Shown in pieces: positions 1-8,399 of a stretch of DNA of 11,851 bases. Source of the stretch: Azolla caroliniana (taxonomy: Eukaryota; Plantae; Polypodiophyta); assembly GCA_043228905.1 (NCBI GenBank), contig JBHGNT010001122.1, positions 1 to 11,851 of the forward strand. Reading direction: 5' to 3'. The notes beneath the pieces are model-generated. The model worked only from the letters and a program-made list of their open reading frames with translations. It was not told where the DNA came from and did not search any database. A program made the translations under genes and the position numbers. Numbering within the stretch: position 1 is the stretch's first letter; every line of letters starts with the position of its first letter.

Positions 1-115
1 AAGACCATCGTGGTCCCGCCCAAGTAACACACGCGCGCGCGAAACTTCCCGACAACAGTCAGGGTTGGGCGACCGCCAACAAATTTTTTTTCGGGTGTTC
101 TTTCTTATCCGAATT

Positions 116-164
116 GGACGGTGCAGATCGGAGGCGCCTTCCTCTGAGCAACCCTGCACCGTCC
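116..164. repeat. 11-bp perfect inverted repeat upstream of TLC gene
   Basis: GGACGGTGCAG (116-126) and CTGCACCGTCC (154-164), 27-nt spacer. Confidence 0.85.
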
Positions 165-186
165 GAGGCCCTATTTTATGATTTGG

Positions 187-210
187 TATATACATACATA
201 TATATACATA
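187..210 (+). promoter_or_regulatory. TATA-like/(TA)-rich tract, candidate core promoter of TLC gene
   Basis: tatatacatacatatatatacata lies about 100-120 bp upstream of the ATG; a G-box CACGTG is at 266-271. Motif evidence only. Confidence 0.4.
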
Positions 211-308
211 ATACATAGACAGGAAGGAGCGTAGACAAAGAATTGAAGGAGATGGGGGAGACAGACACGTGATCACTACAGTCTACTACAGCCCACACGG
301 ATGAGGCT

Positions 309-732
309 ATGTCAGACGAAGGAGATAAAATCAGAGACAATGATGGTGATGGAGATCGAGATCGAGATGGAGGCAGCGTGCAACAAGAGAAGAAAGAGAA
401 TCAGAAGAATCAGAAGAAGAAACAGAAGCAGAAGCAGAAGATCGGCGGCTTAGATTTAATAGGCCTTTTCTTCTATGCTATCTTGATTCCGTGGTTTGTA
501 TCCCTATTTCTGAGTCTTCGTTATGGAGGCCGTGCCGACCTCTGGCCCGTCGTCGTCGGTTTCTTCATCTTCCAAGGTTCCAATGCTCTCATCCACTCCA
601 TATCCCCTTCCATTCTCCCCCCACTACGACAATCTTCTTCGTCTTCGTCTTCGTCTTCTTCTTCTTTTTCGCTTGATCTCTTCACCAACACTGCAGTCTC
701 ACTCATCCATTCCACCATCGTTGGAATCTCAG
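309..732 (+). CDS. TLC (TRAM/LAG1/CLN8) domain membrane protein, exon 1
   Basis: ATG at 309; charged low-complexity N-terminus, then hydrophobic segments (LIGLFFYAILIPWFVSLFLSL; VVVGFFIF) and AVSLIHSTIVGIS, typical of the TLC domain start. Donor AG|GTAC at 732/733 is phase 1 and matches the acceptor TAG|TG at 1638/1639. Confidence 0.88.
633..665 (+). repeat. Coding (TCT/TCG)11 microsatellite encoding poly-Ser
   Basis: tct tct tcg tct tcg tct tcg tct tct tct tct, in frame in exon 1. Confidence 0.9.
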
Positions 733-1638
733 GTACAACCATATCTCTTTCCTCTCAATTTGATTGCTTGGATTGGGTGAGAGAGAAACAGGGGAGAGAG
801 AGAGAGAGAGAGAGAGAACTGTTTGGAAAAGAAAAGTAAGATAAAGAGATTAAAGCTACATTATTAGATCGAAAAGTCTTCAAAGATCCAGATTCCTGGC
901 ATAAATATCACGAAACTCAGAGGAACAAAGATCGAATCAACGTTTGGTGTTACTTATTCAGGAGTTGGCGTATTTTCAATTTTCTTTGGCTGACTTTCGT
1001 ATTGCATTTTGTTTTTCTTCCATCCTTTAAACTTATGTATTGTGGAATGGATAAAAAATCCGAAAAATGTTAATTTATACCATCAAGGGAAGAAGCCAAC
1101 ATTCAGTTGTTGATTTACCAGAGCGCGAGAAGCTCTATGATTTGGAATGGAAGGAGTTACTGGATAGCAGTGAGTTTTAAGTCTGAATTTTGAGTAGAAG
1201 TCTAGAATAATGTAGGAGAATCAAGAGGCCTGACTCTTGATGTACACCATTCACAAATCAGGAGGAGCTTAAAATAATCTATTCTATTTGTAGAAAAGTG
1301 AGGAGTACTTGGATTGAGTGTAGATGCCTGTAGGAAATAGAAATGATGGAAACATGTTTCAGTGTCTAAAAGCAGCAAATGGAAACAGAAACATTTAACT
1401 TCTTTCTTCTGTCCGATAAAAGATATCAAAATATAGTTATGAGGTAAAGAACTACGTTTTACTTTCATGACAAGCCAGCTTTTGCAAGAACAAGCATATT
1501 GGAGTAGTCTGGGGCTTTATCTATGAAAACAACAGATAGGGTTTAGAAGCATGGAAAATCATGTTGATTCTTGTCGATCATGATGAAGATCAAATAATGT
1601 ATTTAATCCATCTTTTTCGCTTTGTTTATGATATGTAG
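733..1638 (+). other. Intron 1 of TLC gene (906 bp, GT-AG)
   Basis: GT at 733-734, AG at 1637-1638, AT-rich, phase-compatible with both flanking exons. Confidence 0.88.
794..817 (+). repeat. (GA)12 microsatellite in intron 1
   Basis: Perfect GA dinucleotide run. Confidence 0.95.
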
Positions 1639-1913
1639 TGGCAGGAGTATTGGCCTCAGAGTGGATCAAGAAAGGATCATCAATGTACAACCATGAAGAA
1701 CTCTTTTCTGGTGTTTGGCCAGGGTCAAATGTTATTCTATGTGTTTCTACAGGTTACTTCGTGTATGACCAAGTAGACATGCTTCGGAGGCATTTATATA
1801 ATCCAAGTTCTCCATCTCTTCTTGTACATCATGCAGTGCTCCTCGTGTGCTTCACTATGGCTCTTTATCGCCAAGTCACCATCAACTATCTGATTCTCAC
1901 CTTGTTTTGTGAG
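1639..1913 (+). CDS. TLC-domain membrane protein, exon 2
   Basis: T-rich acceptor tttgtttatgatatgtAG ending at 1638; encodes the TLC hallmarks STGYFVYDQVDML and LLVHHAVLL, then TINYLILTLFCE; consensus donor GAG|GTAAGT at 1913/1914 (phase 0). Confidence 0.93.
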
Positions 1914-2139
1914 GTAAGTGGAAGTTTGCAAGATAAAAATGAATGGAGTAGGTGGATCGTAACCTTGTTTTGGGATGTGAGCAGAAGTTTCAAGATAAAA
2001 ATGAATAAGAATCACCAATTCTTACTTTTTTGTGAGGTGAGTGAAAGTTTGAAAGATAAAACTGAATTAAGAATTGGTGATTTTTATCTTGTTTTGGGAG
2101 GTGAATGGAAGCTCAAAAAATAGAATTGAATTAAGAACC
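1899..2139 (+). repeat. Degenerate ~62-bp tandem repeat x4 spanning the exon 2/intron 2 junction
   Basis: Units start at about 1899, 1962, 2024 and 2086; approximate consensus acyttgttttgkgag-GTRAGT-ggaagtttNaagataaaaNtgaattaagaa. Confidence 0.9.
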
Positions 2140-2181
2140 GATGCATGAAATAAAATTTATCATTGGCTTTATGTATGGCAG
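1914..2181 (+). other. Intron 2 of TLC gene (268 bp, GT-AG)
   Basis: GTAAGT at 1914, CAG at 2179-2181, phase 0; removal restores the conserved CE-LHSIF motif. Confidence 0.9.
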
Positions 2182-2499
2182 TTACATTCCATATTCTTGC
2201 ATTTGAGACGTGTGCTTAAGATGGCTGAACTCCAAAGAGAAGAAAGCTGGTTTATTATCACCTTATGGGCCTTCAATTGGTTCACTTTCTTTACTTCGAG
2301 AATGGCAATGCACATTTTTGTAACTCTCAAGTTGGTTCTTGATATCACAAAGTTTCCGTCAGGAGTAGAGTGGCCCCTTGCAATTTCAGGTATGATGGGG
2401 CTAAATATTCTAAACGTGATCCTTGGCATTGATTTATCGAAAGCATTCTTGAAAGAGTCAAATTCCTGGAGAAAACGCATACATAAAAAAGTGACATGA
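2182..2499 (+). CDS. TLC-domain membrane protein, exon 3 (terminal)
   Basis: Acceptor CAG at 2179-2181; splicing restores the TLC motif CE|LHSIFLHLRR, followed by FFTSRMAMH and LNILN; TGA at 2497-2499. Spliced CDS 424+275+318 = 1017 nt (338 aa), no internal stop. From memory it resembles the Arabidopsis At1g21790-type TLC proteins (not verified by search). Confidence 0.93.
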   Translation, partial: LHSIFLHLRRVLKMAELQREESWFIITLWAFNWFTFFTSRMAMHIFVTLKLVLDITKFPSGVEWPLAISGMMGLNILNVILGIDLSKAFLKESNSWRKRIHKKVT

Positions 2500-3302
2500 T
2501 TGTATCGCAATAACCCTTTTATAAAAAAGAGACTTCGTTTCCCTAAATTCCTCGAGGCTTTCGCAAAGTTTTGGTTCTCTTTTTTTGAGTCATCATATAT
2601 CTTCTGAACGTAATCAAATCTACTAATCTAGTTTCACACAATCACAACTTAATTGTATTCTTGAAGAAAAAACAATAGATATCTTGTATGCTTTTTGTGT
2701 TTTAATTGCATTCATTGAATATCTTCTGTTTCCGCCACATTATTCAGCACAATGTTCATCTTTCCTTTGTGGGGTGTCTTCATCTTGTAACAATTAAAAG
2801 GAATGGGGAAATAAATCTGACAGAAAAATGTGACAGTATGGTTTCTTGAAAGGAAATCGATACCAATTGTGGTTGATTGCAATGACATACTATCAACGCA
2901 TTTGATGTGGCAACGATCATGTTTGGATATTGATACCAAACTCCAAACCAATGGATCAATGTGACCTCAAAATCCTAGAGAAAATGTATGATGTGTGCTT
3001 ATTTATGGCTCTTAAAAATTATCATTCCCCACAAGAATTGGATGTTGAATGACAAAGATATTTTTGGAGAGGAGTTGGATGTTAAGTTGATCTTTGGAAT
3101 AGATAGGTCAACATCAATTTGGATCGAAGGTCAACATCTATATCACATCAAAGGAGTGATGGTATGTCAAACAATCATACTATATACAATCTCCAATTCA
3201 TCTGATGGTGAATTGGGATTTTATTTGGGTTTAATGAATCAGAGCTAGCAAGAACAAACCACTTGTCAAAAGTGGGTATTGGTCAATGGTTGGAAGTCTC
3301 TT

Positions 3303-3824
3303 TGTCACACTCATGGCAATTTCGAAAAATGTCTCACCCTTTTGGCTCTCCCTTCTTTGTCTTTTGGGTTGTTGCCTCTTAGGAAACACGGGTCGTGGTC
3401 AGTCCTTCGACCCCAAGGTGGGTGTGGAACAACGAACCGAGCTTAATCGTATTACGTAAGGAGAGAACCTCTGTGACTTCGTTGTGTGTAAGGGGAGACG
3501 GCTACAACCGACTCCTTCTCACAGGTTGTGCTTACGTACTACTACGATTACGTATCCGAGACACATACACTAAATTAGTTGTAGCTATACACAGAAACTC
3601 AGAGAAGATAGTATTCTATTATCATGCATTCTTTTTACAATTCCCAGAATTTACACACCTCCTTACGAGGTTTTCTGCCCTTTATATATGCAGGGTCTAA
3701 TTAGCCGTTCACGCGTACCCGCGTGAACCGTTACATACGTTACGCTTTATATAGTTTTTTATTCCTACGCTTTTGGCTGTCGGTTACTATTCCGGCGGAC
3801 AACACCTGGCACGCCTGTGGGACA
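3303..3824 (-). repeat. Putative 3' LTR (~522 bp)
   Basis: TG...CA ends with a 7/8 terminal inverted repeat (TGTCACAC 3303-3310 / GTGGGACA 3817-3824); starts 27 nt after the last element ORF; minus-strand TATATAAA at 3681-3688 and 3746-3753. The second LTR is not in the window, so boundaries are inferred. Predicted TSD CTCTT (3298-3302). Confidence 0.72.
3681..3688 (-). promoter_or_regulatory. Candidate LTR TATA box (TATATAAA)
   Basis: + strand tttatata; element-sense orientation, about 140 nt inside the U3 end; a second copy is at 3746-3753. Confidence 0.55.
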
Positions 3825-3851
3825 GTGCCTTTGCACGTCGAACCCATCCCA

Positions 3852-6614
3852 TTACTCTTCTTCCAAAATGCCCCGGATGTTTGGCTCTGTTGTGGTGTCC
3901 TCGGCCGGAGTTGATGTAGGGCCCGTAGGAGCATCGTGGTGTGGCTCCTCTGCTTGGTCGGCCTGGTTTCTCCCGGAGTCGCCTTCGCCGTGTGCGGGTG
4001 GTCTGGGTACGGTGGGCTCTTCTTGAGTTCGTGGACTGGGCTCTGCCGGTAGTGTGCTTGCCATCGGCTGTTGCTCCGCCTCTATTGTTACGTCCTCCGC
4101 GGTGTTGGCCATTTTTGTGTGTGCCTGGGCGTGGGGCGGGGATTCCGCTTGGTCCGCACTATTTTCCGCGTTTTCTGAAGATGGTGTGGGTTGGACCTTT
4201 TGTTGGTTAATCGTTTCGCTGTCTGGTCTTGTGGGGAACTCCACTCGTTCGTCCCCGCTATTCTCCTTCATTGTCCTCGCTGGTGATCGGTCCTGAGGTT
4301 CCTCTTCTTCGGCTGGGCTCGGAATTGGTGTCTCGTTGGGTTCCTCGTTTGTATACGTGTTGCTGATTTGTGTGATCTAGTGAAATAGCTCCTCCTGACT
4401 TTCACCAAAATCATCTAGGAGTTGTGCGAGTTCTTCGGAGTGTTGGTCTACTAACGCGCGATAGTCTTGCGCTAGGTCCTCCCGTACGGTCGCAATGCTC
4501 TCCTCGTTTAGCTTATAAAACCCTCCGCCGTCTTTCCGCCGGTTCTCCCAGTCCGCACGATACGCGTGCAATTCCGCTGCTTGGGTTGCCCACGCCATCC
4601 ATCCTTTGTCCAACGCCGTTTTTACTTGCGCTGTGAACCTTTCCTGGTTGGTTTGGAGAAGGATGCGCACGTTATCCGTGATGGCCTGACATCGGTTGCG
4701 TGCGTCTTCCATCGACTTCTGGAGATTTGCGATTTCCTGCTGTTTAACGGTTGCCGCTTCCTCATACGTGGCCTTCAGGCCCGCCCACAGCTGGGATTCC
4801 TTTTCATGTTGTTTTTCTAATTTCCCCATTTCATTGTTTAGGCGGATTTCGAGTTGATGCCGTCTGTCTTGTTCGACTACCAACTGTTCATCAAACCATA
4901 CCTTCTTTTTCTCTAATAAGGCCCGAAGCCCCGCTATTGCCGCCTCTGATTTCTTCGCATCCTCTCGTAATTGGGCGTTGTCGTCTTTTGTCCGGATGTG
5001 ATGTGCCACCTCCGTAGCTAGTTTCTCTTCAAGCGTTTTTACGGCTTTTCGTCCGTTAGCCCGTATCTCCTTTTCTCTATCGGAGGATTGGCGTAGCTCT
5101 GCTCGAAGGCAGTCAATTTCGGATTCCGCTAGCTGCACGACCCTTTTTGCTTTTGAGGCGATGGCGGTCTGAGCCTCGATTTCTTCTTTGAGAGCATCGA
5201 TAACGTGGTTCGGTGGCGGGGTTTCGTGTTGCGCCGTAGTCGTATGAGCTTCTAACTCGGCGATGTGTGCGTTGGCCTTTTGTAGTTCGGCTTCGGTCAT
5301 TTTAACCTTCTTCCAGACATTCTTATTTTTTATGGCCATCTCCTTGGCGCTCGTGTTGACCTTTGCTAGTTCCCGATGGACTTCGACTAGGGCCGTGTTT
5401 AAGGGTGGTATTTCCATCCCTACTTGCCGTACCCCAACGTTCCTCTGTCTACCGACCCTGGCCAGCCGGTCCTCATCGTCGCTCTCCGTTGTTTGTGTTA
5501 GGGCGCGCTCTATCATCTGTCGTTCTGCATGCTCCTCGGCCATGCGTTGAGCGGTTTTGACCTGTTGTGTTGCTAAGAACTCCATGACCTCGAAAGAGGT
5601 TCCGAACTGCAAGAGGGAGTTGAATTCGTGGGCCGTATTCGGAATATCTGGATATGCCAAAACCTCGCTTTCCGCCGTCAATACAGCTTTCCCTCGCTGG
5701 GACTGAGTCGTAATAATCGGTCGCGGCTCCCGGATGATTTCGAAGGTGGTATTCGGCTCTGCTGTTGCGGGGCCTTCGCCTACGGTTGGTGCCTCCGGAT
5801 CTGTGGGGGCGTTTTTTACCAACCCCTGCCTATCCTTTCTATCCAATCTGCGTTGTTTGGGTCTAGGGCTTTCCCCACGTGCTTCGGTGGTTGGTTCTGG
5901 GGCTGCCTCCATGGGGTGTCTCGGTTGTTCCTCCTGTGTCGCCCGTATATCCAGTTGGTCGATAGGAGGTGTTGTCCTTGGGTTTGGTTGGGTCGGTTAG
6001 GGTTCCTCCTCCCATGTTGGGGCCGCTAACTCCGCTAACCTACGTTTCGCGAAGTGGGGCGGGGCCGTGGGTTGGCTGCTGGGCTGTGGTGTTGGTAGAC
6101 CTCGGGGTGGAAACAGTACCGTAAGGTATTGTTGGATGATTGGCCGGAGCTTTTTGCCTACTTGGTACGCATGCAAGCCTTCCCGTAACGTCGGCCCTGT
6201 GATGACCCCCCAGTCGACTGTACGCCCCTCAAAGGTGTCGATAATGATGCCCGCCTTCTGTTTAGGCATCCCGTAAGCATTGACATGGACGCAGCCTACT
6301 TCCAGTAGGAACTTGGCCACTTCACGGAAGAAGGGATCCGGAATCTGTTTTGTTCTATAGGCTTTGGCGGAGGATGAGTATGGGCCAAAATATCGTTGCA
6401 GCGCCTCTGTAGGAGGTATTTCGAAATGTCTTTCGCCTAGTGAAGATGGGTCTAACTTCTTCCGAATGGAAGAGTTTGTGACCGCGTCGATGTTAAGCCG
6501 CCTGGCGATATCCATGGCGTCCGGGTGCAGAGGTGCTTCTGCGACCCGAATATAACCATCCAGGCGCTTCTCCACGAGCCATCGGCGTAGGGCAGTAGAG
6601 ATGAAGATCGGCAT
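3852..6614 (-). pseudogene. Additional 3' ORF of the retrotransposon (env-position ORF), ~920 codons, two in-frame stops
   Basis: ORFs 5997-6614, 4377-5912 and 3852-4271 share one frame, joined by open stretches of 28 and 35 codons across single stops TAA (5997-5999) and TAG (4377-4379). N-terminal globular region, long E/K/A/Q heptad-like region (~5400-4400), acidic Pro/Thr-rich tail. Confidence 0.85.
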
Positions 6615-6954
6615 CGCCAGGGTAGGTTCGTGGGGAGGCGACGGGTAGCAATGGTGAGTTAGAGCTCTGAGATGTGATGGGGAAGAAGGTGAGGAGGAGC
6701 GATGGGCGCGCTAATAGCTAGACTCAGTGTTTCTGCTTTGTGCAGAAAACCTTCTATTTCCTTCTTTTTGTGGCTTAGGGTTCCTTGGGCGGTGAGCCAT
6801 CGTGGTGCCGCGTGTTCTTGAACTAGGAGTTTGTGCATGCCTTTAGTCGTTTTAATAGTCGCTATCTTCTCTTCTTCTTTTTCTTTTTTCTTTTTTTTTC
6901 TAACGGTTAGCTACCCCCTATTTTTACATTATAGTACAATTGGGCATGTCCCTT

Positions 6955-8150
6955 TTACGCTACGGGTTCTTCGGCTTTGTCTCGTTCGGCGGTGAATGGG
7001 TTAGGTGGTGTAGGGCCCAGGTAAGGTTTGAGCCGAAACCCATTCACTTTTTGCCGTACTATTTCTCTAGCCAGTGTTCCTAGTTGGAATGTGCCCTGTT
7101 CCGCTCCAATTATCCAGTATGGGCCGGTCCAGCGGAAACGTAGCTTACCCGGCATCTGGCCCATGCGTGTTTGAAAAACTAGCACCACTCGGCCCACGGC
7201 GAACTCCTTTTCCCTTGCGCTCCAATGCCGATTGATGAATGCTTTACGTCGTCGCTATTCTTTTTCCAACACAACCATGCTGTGGACGCATTTCTCCCCT
7301 AGTTTGAGGAGTTGGTAGAGTCGTTCCTCCTCTGACTTGGCTTCTGATAATCGGTTCCGTACCTGAATGCGCAAACTAGGTACCCGGAATTCGACCGGCA
7401 TTACTGCTTCTAGTCCAAACGCTAGCCGGAACGGTGTTGACCGTATGCTTGTTTTGTAACTCGTTTTGTACGCCCATAACGCGCTCTGGAGTTTGGTATC
7501 CTAGTCCGTTTTGTTTTCATTGACGGTTTTCTTTAAAATGTTCTGTAAAGTTTTGTTCGTGGATTCCGCTAATCCATTCGCTTGCGGGTAGTATGGCGTG
7601 CTTTTCTTGTGGACAACTGCGTAATGATGTGTTAGTTCCCGAACCACCGTATTGAGGAAGTGGCTCCCCTGGTCACTGATGAGCTCAATCGGGCAGCCGA
7701 ATCGGCACCAGATGTGCTCGTACAGAAATTTGGCTGTGACGGTCGCCATATTTTCCCGTAGTGCCTTTGCTTCTACCCATTTGGTACAGTAGTCCGTGGC
7801 TACCAATATGTATTTGTGTACAGGCTGCTGCTGGTGTGAAGGGCCCCACAAAATCCAATCCCCACTTTTGGAAGGGGTCCAGTGGTAGCACAGGTTGGTG
7901 TGGCATCCTTGCGTCCTCCGCGGGCTACCCCATCCGCTGGCACAAATCACACTTTCTACAATACTCAGATGTGTCCTGTGTTGTTGGCCACCATCAGCCC
8001 GCCTGCCATACTTTGCGGGCTGTCACGTTGCCTGCGTAATGGCCGTCGGCCATGCCGCAGTGTGCCTCCTGTAACACTGCTTCTTTTTCATCCTGACGGA
8101 CTCCCCGTCACCAAATGCCGTCACTTCCTTTGTGATATAAATACCCTTCG
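6955..8150 (-). pseudogene. Integrase domain of pol (disrupted)
   Basis: HHCC (EAHCGMADGHY...CDLCQR); DDE core KWGLDFVGP / ISDQGSHF / YYPQANGLAESTN; C-terminal GPY/F module RWTGPYWI. Stops at 8108, 7994, 7925, 7501 and 7255; frameshift near 7816. Domain start approximate. Confidence 0.95.
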
Positions 8151-8399
8151 ACTAGGCAGAAGTGACGGCTTCGGACGGCTAGTCGTTTCTTCTCGTCTGT
8201 GCGTAATTGTGGTGGAGGTAGTCTTGTAGTCAAAAAGTACGTCATTTCCATAAGCCATCGATCCGGAAAGGTGGATTCCGTTTTTTCTGCAATCGTCGCT
8301 ACTCGCCAGATGTCGGCGTTCAGAAAATCGTCGTCGTCTTTCTGTACTGTTTCTCCACTCTCAAGTCTGCTCAAAAAATCCGCCACTGCGTGTTGCGTC

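Noticed and set aside
733-839. C-terminal part of ORF 309-839 (GTTISL...RERERE)
   Set aside because: Read-through into intron 1; the RE run is just the (GA)12 microsatellite.
1202-1468. 88-aa minus-strand ORF in intron 1
   Set aside because: AT-rich intronic sequence with no motif; the length is compatible with chance.
1899-2139. CRISPR-like reading of the ~62-bp periodic array
   Set aside because: The whole unit is degenerately repeated with no unique spacers, there are no cas genes, and the context is a eukaryotic intron.
2712-2765. MNIVLNNVAET resembling the Sm/LSm Sm1 motif
   Set aside because: Lacks the preceding G-x-L-x2-FD and any Sm2 motif; too short to support.
2932-2945. 14-nt inverted match (GATACCAAACTCCA) to integrase sequence at 7487-7500
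   Set aside because: Of the order of one such match is expected by chance in a 12-kb self-comparison; the flanks do not align.
2988-3248. 86-aa + strand ORF and 11-bp direct repeat AGGTCAACATC (3105-3115, 3128-3138)
   Set aside because: No recognisable domain or splice structure; could be old decayed sequence but cannot be assigned by eye.
3395-3934. ORFs inside or overlapping the putative LTR
   Set aside because: Short, motif-free and lying in a region better explained as LTR regulatory DNA.
6955-7197. Chromodomain at the integrase C-terminus
   Set aside because: The sequence ends shortly after the GPY/F module with no chromodomain-like YLVKW motif.
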